DNA of 64,000 bases from Candidatus Omnitrophota bacterium (GTDB lineage: Bacteria; Omnitrophota; Gorgyraeia; Gygaellales; Profunditerraquicolaceae): assembly GCA_043812955.1 (NCBI GenBank), contig JBDRLN010000066.1:885-64884 (forward strand), read 5' to 3'. This document shows positions 18,504-26,778 of this stretch, in pieces. A model generated the notes under the pieces. It saw nothing but the letters and a program-made list of their open reading frames with translations. It was not told where the DNA came from and made no database searches. The first letter of the stretch is position 1; every line of letters begins with the position of its first letter. Both the position numbers and the translations under genes were made by a program.

Positions 18504-19727
18504 ATGATTGTGTTTCCGCAAGGTTTTTTATGGGGTGCGGCTACCTCTAGCCATCAGGTTGAAGGCAATAATATTAATAATGATTGGTGGGAGTGGGAGA
18601 AATCCGCGAATTTAAAAGAAACCTCAGGGCTCGCCTGCCGGCATTACGAGTTTTTTAAAGAAGATTTTGACTTGGCCCAATCCCTTAATCATAATTGCCA
18701 CCGTTTTTCGATTGAATGGAGCCGTATTTTTCCTTATAGGGAAGAGTTATCTTTTCAGGAGTTTTCACATTACCGGGAAGTAATCTTGGCTTTAAAAGAG
18801 CGTGGCCTGGAACCTATAGTTAGCCTGCACCATTTTACTAATCCTCTCTGGTTTAGTAAGTTAGGCGGCTGGGAAAACCCGGAATCACCAGAATATTTTC
18901 TATATTTTGTCCGTAAGGTAGTTGAAGAATTTGCCGATAAGGTTAAATATTGGGTGACTATTAATGAGCCGATGGTCTATGTATATTATTCTTACATTAT
19001 CGGCTCTTGGCCTCCCCAAAAGAAATCTTTTTCAAAGGCTCGAAGAGTGACTAATAATCTTATTGCCGCGCATATCCGCTCCTACAAGTTAATCCGGGAT
19101 ATTTATAAAAATAAGGGATTGCCTTTGCCTCAGGTGAGTATTGCCAAGAATATGCAGGCCTTTGTCCCTTGCAAAAATACCCTTCGGGATAAGTTGGCGG
19201 TTTATCTGCGGGATAAATCTTTTAATTTCGATCTCCTGGATAAATTAGCCCAGGCTAAGACTCTGGATTTTATCGGAGTTAACTATTATAGCCGCAGCCT
19301 GGTTGAAACTTCCAGCTGGTCGGTTAATAATTTATTGACCCGGGTTTGTCAGGATAATCACAGCCCGTGCCCTAAGAATTCAATGGGTTGGGATATTTAT
19401 GCTCAAGGGTTATATGATCTCTTGTTAAAGCTAAAAAAGTATAACTTGCCGGTTATGATATTAGAGAATGGAATATGCACCGCGGATGATGTCCAGCGTT
19501 GGGATTTTATCTGCCAGCATTTAAAAAGTATCAGTTCAGCAATGGCCAAAGGAATAAAAGTTTTAGGGTTTATCTATTGGTCTCTTTTAGACAATTTTGA
19601 ATGGGATAAAGGTTTTGGCCCCCGTTTTGGGCTGATAGATGTAGAATATAATAATTTCCGGCGCACAGTTAGAGAGAGCGCTAGAAAATTATCCCTGGTT
19701 TGTAAGACCGGCAGACTTGATCAATGA
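18504..19727 (+). CDS. Glycoside hydrolase family 1
   Basis: FLWGAATSSHQVEG, RFSIEWSRI, TINEP, ILENG, WSLLDNFEW. Confidence 0.95.
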   Translation: MIVFPQGFLWGAATSSHQVEGNNINNDWWEWEKSANLKETSGLACRHYEFFKEDFDLAQSLNHNCHRFSIEWSRIFPYREELSFQEFSHYREVILALKERGLEPIVSLHHFTNPLWFSKLGGWENPESPEYFLYFVRKVVEEFADKVKYWVTINEPMVYVYYSYIIGSWPPQKKSFSKARRVTNNLIAAHIRSYKLIRDIYKNKGLPLPQVSIAKNMQAFVPCKNTLRDKLAVYLRDKSFNFDLLDKLAQAKTLDFIGVNYYSRSLVETSSWSVNNLLTRVCQDNHSPCPKNSMGWDIYAQGLYDLLLKLKKYNLPVMILENGICTADDVQRWDFICQHLKSISSAMAKGIKVLGFIYWSLLDNFEWDKGFGPRFGLIDVEYNNFRRTVRESARKLSLVCKTGRLDQ

Positions 19728-21733
19728 AGACATTTAAGAAAGAGCTGATTTTAAAAGAAATACCTTTATTTTCCAGCCTCGCCCCCAAAGAAATCATTTT
19801 AATCAAAGAAAGGTCTAGGTTTATTGAATACCGTAAGGGCCAGGTTATTTATAAAGAGGGTTCCGGTCCCTCGGCGTTTTATTGCATTGTTTTAGGTAGG
19901 GTAGTTATTTCTGCCCAGGATTATCAGGGAAAAGAAACTATATTGGAATACCTGCACCGGGGGAAATATTTCGGGGTCATCTCTTTGCTTACCAGCGAAC
20001 CCCACTCTGTCACTACTAAGGCTATTAATGACTGTCTGCTTTTGGTTATAGATAAAGAAGATTTTAATTTTCTGCTGAAAAAAATCTCCTCCTTGGCTAT
20101 TGACCTGAGCCGGACCTTATCCCGCAGGCTGAAGCGTAAAGATATTCACACCAAGAAGATATTTGAAAGCACGATTATTTCGGCTTTTAGTTCCTACCCC
20201 CGGGCAGGAAAGACTCTCTACTCGGCAAATCTGGCATTTGGTTTAAAAAAAGAAACCCATAAATCCGTAGTCATCCTGGATATTTGCCCAAAAATAAAAA
20301 CTCACAGTATGCCCAGAAGGCTGGGCCTGGAATCCGGTTATAAGGTTTTTGACCTTTCCAACAAGTGCGCAGAAATAAACAAAATAAGAGAGTTTATCTC
20401 CCAGGATAGATTTGATATTGACATCATATTTTTTAATTACCGGCTCAAAGACAAATCTTATATCCGGATGCTCTTGGGTATTTTAAGCTTATTGGTTAAT
20501 GATTACCACTATATCATCTTAGACCTTCCTTCTTATATGGATGATTCCATATTCGGCATCTTAAACCAATCGGATATAATCCATTTATTGACTAGCCCTG
20601 ATCTTGCGGATTTAAAAAGGACCCGTAGGTTGATTCAGAAGATGAAAAACGATTTTTTATTTTCTCCCGCAAAAATAAAAGTTATTATTAACGAATACAA
20701 GATAGCCAGGATCAGCTATCCGGACGAGATAAAGATGCTGGATAATGATATCTTCGCGATCCTGCCCCGGATAGAATCCAAGGATCCGGTAAGGTTATTT
20801 ATGGATAAACCAACCTGTGATTATACTAAGGCTATCCGTAGAATAGCCCGCCAGGAAGGTGATTGCATGGTGGGGTTAGCCTTAGGCATTGGCGTGGCTT
20901 ATGGATTTTGCCATATTGGGGTATTAAAAGTAATCGAAGAAGAGAAGATACCCATTGATGTTATTACCGGTTCAAGCATGGGCGCGTTTGTCGCTGGCCT
21001 GTGGGCTCTAGGAAAAACCAGCAAAGAGATCCTGGATATTTCCTGGGAATTAAGGGCTCCCGGATGGATATTCGGAATGTTGGATTTTACTTTTCCCCGT
21101 ATTGGTTTTATCAAGGGCAACCGGCTTTATAGTTTAATCAAGAAACATTTTCAGGACAAGACTTTTTATGATTTAAAAATTCCCTTGAAGATTATTGCCA
21201 GTGATATTAAAATGAAAGAGCCCAAGGTTCTGGACAAGGGGTTTTTAGCGGACGCGATTATGGCTAGTTGTTCTATGCCTGGGGTGTTTAAGCCTTTCCG
21301 GATAAAGGAGGATTCCCTTTTTGACGGGGGAGTGGTTCATCCTCTTCCCACCGAGCCTTTATTTGAGATGGGGGTAAAAAAGATAATCGCGGTTAATGTT
21401 ACCCCATCGCGTCAAGATATATTAAAGCAGTATGAGAAGACCAAGGATATGGTTATCAATAGTCGTGGTGTGGATAAAAAACAATGGTTTAACCTGGGGA
21501 AATATTTTAAAGAGAAGTTTAAAACAAATATCCTGGATATAATTTTCAGCAGTTTTGAAATACTACAGTCAACAGTGGCTGAGCAGGAGGAAAATCTTGC
21601 GGATATAGTTTTACATCCGGATACCTCTGGGATGCATTGGCTGGAATTGCATAAGGCTGAAGAATTCGCTAAAAGAGGCGAAGAGGAGACCCGTAAACAT
21701 CTAGACAAGATCTGGAAGGTTATTAATGAATAG
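19724..21733 (+). CDS. cNMP-binding / MinD-ParA-like P-loop / patatin phospholipase fusion
   Basis: N-terminal CAP_ED-like (GKYFGVISLL), central PRAGKT...YIILDLP, C-terminal GIGVAYG, GSSMG, DGG. Confidence 0.85.
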   Translation: MKTFKKELILKEIPLFSSLAPKEIILIKERSRFIEYRKGQVIYKEGSGPSAFYCIVLGRVVISAQDYQGKETILEYLHRGKYFGVISLLTSEPHSVTTKAINDCLLLVIDKEDFNFLLKKISSLAIDLSRTLSRRLKRKDIHTKKIFESTIISAFSSYPRAGKTLYSANLAFGLKKETHKSVVILDICPKIKTHSMPRRLGLESGYKVFDLSNKCAEINKIREFISQDRFDIDIIFFNYRLKDKSYIRMLLGILSLLVNDYHYIILDLPSYMDDSIFGILNQSDIIHLLTSPDLADLKRTRRLIQKMKNDFLFSPAKIKVIINEYKIARISYPDEIKMLDNDIFAILPRIESKDPVRLFMDKPTCDYTKAIRRIARQEGDCMVGLALGIGVAYGFCHIGVLKVIEEEKIPIDVITGSSMGAFVAGLWALGKTSKEILDISWELRAPGWIFGMLDFTFPRIGFIKGNRLYSLIKKHFQDKTFYDLKIPLKIIASDIKMKEPKVLDKGFLADAIMASCSMPGVFKPFRIKEDSLFDGGVVHPLPTEPLFEMGVKKIIAVNVTPSRQDILKQYEKTKDMVINSRGVDKKQWFNLGKYFKEKFKTNILDIIFSSFEILQSTVAEQEENLADIVLHPDTSGMHWLELHKAEEFAKRGEEETRKHLDKIWKVINE

Positions 21734-21741
21734 GGGGAAAC

Positions 21742-22230
21742 ATGAGAAAGTGCAAAGCGTCCTGCCTAGCCGGCAGGCAGGAAAGTTCAAAGCTTAAAGT
21801 TAAATTGATTTATATTTTATGCCTTGGGTTTTTTGCCGGGGGATGTTCTTCTCTGGCAAACTTACCCAGGAGACTCTCCGGGCTTTCAACAGTTGAGCTG
21901 GAGAGGCAGCGTCCTGAAGCAATCAGTAAAGCCTTCAATTTTAATTACCCGGATTGTTTTGCTAAAACACAAGATATATTAAAGCAGATCGGCGCGTATA
22001 TTTACGCGAAGGATAATAAAAAGCAGATGATCGCTATTTACTTAACGGTTGAAGATACTACGCCGGTAGGGTTATTCTTTAAAGAGGTTGAGCCTGGAAA
22101 GACCCGGGTGGAAGTTTCATCTTTAAGCACTTACGGAAAAGAGATTATTTCTAAGAGGCTCTTCACGATGTTAGAAGGTTTGCCTGATCCTGCACTAAAG
22201 AGTGAAAAAGACAAAGAGAAAGAAGAATAA
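21742..22230 (+). CDS. Hypothetical lipoprotein
   Basis: AGGC lipobox; signal peptide contains a palindromic insert. Confidence 0.7.
   Translation: MRKCKASCLAGRQESSKLKVKLIYILCLGFFAGGCSSLANLPRRLSGLSTVELERQRPEAISKAFNFNYPDCFAKTQDILKQIGAYIYAKDNKKQMIAIYLTVEDTTPVGLFFKEVEPGKTRVEVSSLSTYGKEIISKRLFTMLEGLPDPALKSEKDKEKEE
21760..21782. repeat. Palindrome TCCTGCCT-AGCCGGC-AGGCAGGA inside the signal-peptide coding region
   Basis: GC-rich perfect 8-bp stem encoding SCLAGRQE. Confidence 0.65.
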
Positions 22231-22251
22231 GTAAACAAAAAAAGGCGGATT

Positions 22252-22647
22252 ATGAAAGATTCAGTTATTGAAAAAAAGATATACTATCACGATACTGATT
22301 GCGGCGGCGTAGTCTATTACGCTAATTACCTGGAGTTCTTTGAGGAGGGCAGGACTGAATATTGCCTGGATAAGGGAGTAGTATTAGGCGATTGGGTAAA
22401 TAAGTATACTTTTTTTGTAGTGGCTCATACTGAAATTAATTATAAGGCTCCGGCCCGCTATCAGGATAAAATTAAAGTTTTTACCAGTATCGAGAGAATC
22501 GGAAATGCCTCAATAAATTTTATCCAGAAGATTACCAGGGAAGATGTTGTTTTAGTCGAATCTAAAACTACCTGGGTTTGTGTGGGGGAAGGTTTTAAAC
22601 CTAAGCCTGCGCCCGAGGAGATTAAAAGGGCTTTACTATCGGCATAA
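22252..22647 (+). CDS. YbgC/4HBT family acyl-CoA thioesterase
   Basis: YYHDTDCGGVVYYANYLEFFEEGRTE. Confidence 0.92.
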   Translation: MKDSVIEKKIYYHDTDCGGVVYYANYLEFFEEGRTEYCLDKGVVLGDWVNKYTFFVVAHTEINYKAPARYQDKIKVFTSIERIGNASINFIQKITREDVVLVESKTTWVCVGEGFKPKPAPEEIKRALLSA

Positions 22648-22651
22648 ATAA

Positions 22652-24238
22652 ATGGATGCGCTTAAAGACGGCAAGTGGGTGAAGAAAAGGGATAGTTGGG
22701 GAACGCGCTTAGGAATTATTATGGCTGTGGCTGGTTCTGCCATTGGTTTAGGAAATTTTTTAAGGTTTCCGGCCAAGGCCGCCTGTTATGGCGGAGGCGC
22801 GTTTATGATTCCCTACTTTGTTTCCCTACTTCTTTTAGGTATCCCGTTGATGTGGATTGAATGGACCCTGGGCCGGTACGGGGGAGGATATGGCCATGGC
22901 ACTGCCCCCGGGATATTCCAGAGCATCTGGAATAAAAATCGTTTTATCAAATATTTTGGGGTTATTGGTATTTTTGGACCTCTGGTTATATTTATTTATT
23001 ATACCTATATAGAATCCTGGGCTCTGGCGTATAGTTTTTTTGCCTTAATAGGGAAATATTCCCAGATAACCAGTCAACCGGGGATGCTCAGTTTTTTGCA
23101 TGGATTCCAGGGCTTGGAAAACAATCAGTATTTTAACGGATTAGGTCTGGCTTATTTATTCTTTCTGGTTACCTTTATCCTGAACATTACGGTAATTTAT
23201 TACGGGATAAAAGGCGGCATAGAAAAGTTATGTAAATTTGCAATGCCGCTTTTATTTATCTGCGGCTTAATGCTTTTTATCAGGGTTATAACTTTAGGTG
23301 CCCCTGATCCGGCTAATCCTGCCTGGAATATTAATAACGGATTCGGTTTTCTGTGGAATCCGGACTTCTCGGCTTTAAAATCAGCCAAGGTCTGGTTAGA
23401 AGCGGCCGGCCAGATATTTTTTACTTTAAGCGTAGGCATAGGGGTGATACTTACTTATGCCAGCTATTTATCTAAGGGCGATGATGTTGTTTTGTCCGGA
23501 CTTACTGCCGCCACCACCAATGAAGTAGCCGAAGTTATATTGGGAGGAAGCATTATAATCCCGGCAGCCTTTGTATTTTTTGGACCTATCGATATACAAT
23601 CTATTGCCCGTTCCGGAGTATTTAACTTAGGGTTTGTAACTACTCCTTTAATTTTAAGTAAATTGCCACTACCTGAGATTATGGGTTTTATCTGGTTTTT
23701 CCTTTTATTTCTGGCCGGTATAACTTCGTCGGTCTCCCTAGCCCAGCCGACAATAGCCTTTTTAGAGGATGAGTTTGATTTAAAGCGGAAAAGGGCGGTT
23801 TCTATATTTGCCGGGGCTACCTTTATACTTTGTCAGCCGGCAATTTTCTTTTTGGGCAAAGGCGTGGTCAATGAGCTGGATTTTTGGGGAGGGACATTCT
23901 TTTTAGTTTTGTTTGCGACTATAGAAACTATACTTTTTGCCTGGGTCTTTGGAATGGAAAAAGCCTGGGACGAGATACACCGGGGCGCGGATTTATCCAT
24001 CCCTAAGATTTATAAATTCATAATCAAGTATATTACTCCGTCTTTCCTTATTATTATTTTGGGGATGTGGCTTTGGCAAGAGTGGCTGTCGGTGATTTTT
24101 ATGAAAGGGGTGTCAGCTCAGGACCGCAGCTATGTTTTATGGACCAGGATAATTTTGTTTGCGGTATTTCTAATATTAGGGTTACTGGTTAGGCAATCCT
24201 GGAAAAAAAGAAAAATGATATTGGATAAGATAAAATGA
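22652..24238 (+). CDS. Sodium-dependent NSS (LeuT-like) amino-acid transporter
   Basis: RDSWGTRLG..MAVAGSAIGLGNFLRFP, GGGAFMIPY, QIFFTLSVG. Confidence 0.95.
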   Translation: MDALKDGKWVKKRDSWGTRLGIIMAVAGSAIGLGNFLRFPAKAACYGGGAFMIPYFVSLLLLGIPLMWIEWTLGRYGGGYGHGTAPGIFQSIWNKNRFIKYFGVIGIFGPLVIFIYYTYIESWALAYSFFALIGKYSQITSQPGMLSFLHGFQGLENNQYFNGLGLAYLFFLVTFILNITVIYYGIKGGIEKLCKFAMPLLFICGLMLFIRVITLGAPDPANPAWNINNGFGFLWNPDFSALKSAKVWLEAAGQIFFTLSVGIGVILTYASYLSKGDDVVLSGLTAATTNEVAEVILGGSIIIPAAFVFFGPIDIQSIARSGVFNLGFVTTPLILSKLPLPEIMGFIWFFLLFLAGITSSVSLAQPTIAFLEDEFDLKRKRAVSIFAGATFILCQPAIFFLGKGVVNELDFWGGTFFLVLFATIETILFAWVFGMEKAWDEIHRGADLSIPKIYKFIIKYITPSFLIIILGMWLWQEWLSVIFMKGVSAQDRSYVLWTRIILFAVFLILGLLVRQSWKKRKMILDKIK

Positions 24239-24339
24239 ATTTCAAGGGTTGGATATTTTTGATTTTTTCATGGAGTATTATTTTGGGGTTGACTATTTTT
24301 TGCTTTGTGCGGGTTTTCTCAAAAAAGGAGCTGAAATGA
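24235..24339 (+). CDS. 34-aa single-TM NSS small subunit (MetS-like)
   Basis: MNFKGWIFLIFSWSIILGLTIFCFVRVFSKKELK; ATGA overlaps with both neighbours. Confidence 0.7.
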   Translation: MNFKGWIFLIFSWSIILGLTIFCFVRVFSKKELK

Positions 24340-24725
24340 AAAATGCCTTAGTTATTTGTTTTTTGATGATTTTTTCGATGATCGCGTCTGGTTGTGCTCC
24401 TATACTCATTGGTGCGGCAGTAGGGGCCGGAGCAGTAGGCGGTTATGCGATGAGCAAAGACACTATTGAGACAGACCTGGATAAGTCTTATGAGTCTATT
24501 TGGAATTCCGCTTTATTAATTAGTAAAGATTACGGCAATATAAAATACGAAAATAACGCCAGGGGCTATCTAGAGTTGGAACAAGGCCCGTTGCATATCT
24601 GGATTAAATTAAGCCGGATGACCCGGGCAACTACCCGGATAAGGGTCAGGGTCCGCAAGTACCATTTACCGAATATGGCTTTAGCCCAGGAGATATTTGC
24701 CAAAATCATCCAGGAAACCAGGTAG
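24336..24725 (+). CDS. Lipoprotein (DUF3568-like)
   Basis: ASGC lipobox then glycine zipper GAAVGAGAVGG; SD AAGGAG before ATG 24336. Confidence 0.7.
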   Translation: MKNALVICFLMIFSMIASGCAPILIGAAVGAGAVGGYAMSKDTIETDLDKSYESIWNSALLISKDYGNIKYENNARGYLELEQGPLHIWIKLSRMTRATTRIRVRVRKYHLPNMALAQEIFAKIIQETR

Positions 24726-24788
24726 AATGCTCTTTATCGCATAAAAATACTTGCAAAAAATAAATTATCCTGTAGAATTATCACATTT

Positions 24789-24865
24789 ACCCCGCACCTT
24801 CCAAAAACTTAATGGTTTCAAAGACCAAGTTTCTAATATAATTAATAGGAAGGAAGGTGCGGGGT
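24789..24865. repeat. Palindromic element family B (ACCCCGCACCTT...AAGGTGCGGGGT), intergenic copy
   Basis: 14-bp terminal inverted repeat; same ends as the elements in pilin leaders at 59559 and 60649. Confidence 0.85.
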
Positions 24866-24872
24866 TCACCAC

Positions 24873-25457
24873 TTGAGTGTATCTATGAATACCTTAAAAC
24901 TTAAACCGGTTAATATAACTTACCAGATTCTCTGTTTTCTTGAGGAGAGGCAATTGATCCGCACACTCAGGCCTACCTTAAAGATATTGCAAAATCACTC
25001 TGCCGGCGGTATGGTGGATACTATTTATACTTCCGCTTCCGAATTCGGATCCCACAAACTGATCTGCATCGGATTAAGCGCTAATTCTACGCAGATAGAA
25101 CTTAATTCTCATCCGGATAACGAGGAATTTATCATTATCAACAATACCTTTACAAAATTTAAACCATTATACATGGCTATAGGTTTGCATAAACATAATA
25201 TTCTGGAGGAGAAGGCCAAGAATAAGGAATTAACATCAAATGATATAATGCTCTTAAGATTAAAATACAATAATACCAAGACCAGCATCTTTACTATGCT
25301 TAGAGATACCCCTCACTGTGAATTAACTACTAAAGAGGAAGGCACCCAGCCCATATTCTTCGTCTCTGAGCCCAGCAATTTAACCATGAATTATCTTAAG
25401 CTTCCCGAATATAATCTCGCCTTAGACACTAACGGCCACCTCCGCCGCAAAAAATAA
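24873..25457 (+). CDS. Hypothetical protein, possibly cupin-fold
   Basis: HPDNEEF...TPHCE spacing is reminiscent of a cupin metal site; no confident family; start may be ATG 24885. Confidence 0.55.
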   Translation: MSVSMNTLKLKPVNITYQILCFLEERQLIRTLRPTLKILQNHSAGGMVDTIYTSASEFGSHKLICIGLSANSTQIELNSHPDNEEFIIINNTFTKFKPLYMAIGLHKHNILEEKAKNKELTSNDIMLLRLKYNNTKTSIFTMLRDTPHCELTTKEEGTQPIFFVSEPSNLTMNYLKLPEYNLALDTNGHLRRKK

Positions 25458-25464
25458 CCACTGG

Positions 25465-25682
25465 GGGGTCAGGTCCCTTTGAACTAACATCAAGTAATAC
25501 AATAAGTTCCAACTAGTCACTTTACACTTTTACAAGATAACACTAATATAAAAAAGTGCAAACTGCCTTTATGCAACTAACATATATTACAATTAGTTAT
25601 ATTCAATGGACCTGACCCTCGCTGTGACCCTCGCTGCTGACCCTCGCTGCACCCTCGCTGCAATGGACCTGACCCCTCGCTG
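25465..25682. mobile_element. MITE/REP-like element GGGGTCAGGTCC...GGACCTGACCC with stuttered right end
   Basis: Terminal inverted repeat plus five nested ...ACCCTCGCTG units at 25604-25682. Confidence 0.7.
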
Positions 25683-25789
25683 GATTTCTCAGCTCCAATC
25701 AAACCACGATATACAAAAATTATTAAAAATCCTCCCATTCGCCGCTATCCTTTGGTCGTCCGTTGGAGACAATAACTATGGTTAGCCTG

Positions 25790-25812
25790 AAAAAATAATT
25801 CTGACCCCATTT
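25790..25812. repeat. Half copy of the GGGGTCAGAATT/AATTCTGACCCC element
   Basis: aaaaataattctgaccccattt is identical to the right arm of 63012-63077. Confidence 0.75.
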
Positions 25813-25825
25813 CTTTATAAAAATA

Positions 25826-25906
25826 TTGACAAAGAACGTATTTATATTATTATAAGAGGGTAGACAAAGACGTCCAAAACATTTATAGGGCGTCTTTTAT
25901 TGTTTT
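25826..25906 (+). promoter_or_regulatory. Promoter plus ANTAR-type hairpin overlapping a terminator, upstream of the nfnA-like gene
   Basis: TTGACA-16-TATTAT; GAC-AAAGAC-GTC (25863-25874) overlaps the 5' arm of aaagacgtcc/gggcgtcttt + T-tract. Confidence 0.7.
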
Positions 25907-25913
25907 AACCGTT

Positions 25914-25948
25914 TCCACCTACGGGGTGGCGCCCACCTACGGGGTGGA
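25914..25948. repeat. GTAG-type REP family D, tandem half units (CCACCTACGGGGTGG x2)
   Basis: Matches 36416-36463, 54760-54807 and 62682-62708. Confidence 0.8.
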
Positions 25949-25965
25949 GTGGGGCAGGAGTAGAG

Positions 25966-26775
25966 ATGTTTAAGATATTGGAAAAGTATTCTTTGGCTCC
26001 GCAGATACATTATTGTTTAGTTGAGGCGCCATTAATTGCCAGGAAAGCTAAGTCCGGGCAGTTTGTGATTGTCCGGGTTCGCGAACAGGGCGAACGCATA
26101 CCTCTGACTATCGCTGATTTTGATCGCGATAAAGGTACGATTACTTTGGTGTTTCAATCTTTGGGCAAGACTACTTATTTATTTTCCCAGATGAAGGCCG
26201 GGGATAGTCTTTTGGATTTACTTGGGCCTCAAGGCAATCCTACGGAAATCGAAAATTTTGGTCATACGGTGGTTATCGGCGGCGGGATCGGTATTGCTCC
26301 GGTATATCCTTTAGCCAGAAGTTTAAAAAAAGCAGGGAACAAAGTTACTGCTATTATTGGGTTTCGGGGAAAAGAGTATGTATTTTGGGAAGATGAGATG
26401 CGTTCGGTGTCAGATGAACTTCTGATTGCTACCAATGATGGTTCTTACGGCAAAAAAGGTTTTGTTACTGATGTAATTAAGGAATTGATGAATAGCGGTG
26501 AAAGAATAGATAAGGTGTTTGCTATTGGGCCGGCAATCATGATGAAGGCAGTCAGCGATATGACTAAACCTAATAATATTCCCACAGTAGTTAGTTTAAA
26601 TTCATTAATGGTTTGCGGTATGGGGATGTGTGGGGCCTGTCGGGTTAGTATTGGAGGCAAGACTAAATTTACCTGTATGGATGGCCCGGATTTTGACGCT
26701 CATCAGGTTAATTTTGAAGAGTTGATGAAAAGGCTGGATACCTATAAACAAGAAGAAGTATCCTCTAAGGATTAA
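25966..26775 (+). CDS. NfnA/SudB-like FAD/2Fe-2S subunit of NADH-dependent ferredoxin:NADP oxidoreductase
   Basis: GERIPLTIAD, GGGIGIAP, MVCGMGMCGACRV, CMDGPDFD. Confidence 0.9.
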   Translation: MFKILEKYSLAPQIHYCLVEAPLIARKAKSGQFVIVRVREQGERIPLTIADFDRDKGTITLVFQSLGKTTYLFSQMKAGDSLLDLLGPQGNPTEIENFGHTVVIGGGIGIAPVYPLARSLKKAGNKVTAIIGFRGKEYVFWEDEMRSVSDELLIATNDGSYGKKGFVTDVIKELMNSGERIDKVFAIGPAIMMKAVSDMTKPNNIPTVVSLNSLMVCGMGMCGACRVSIGGKTKFTCMDGPDFDAHQVNFEELMKRLDTYKQEEVSSKD

Positions 26776-26778
26776 ATT

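Noticed and set aside
25604-25682. Possible CRISPR or iteron array
   Set aside because: Units are contiguous, of unequal length and have no spacers; no rep gene nearby
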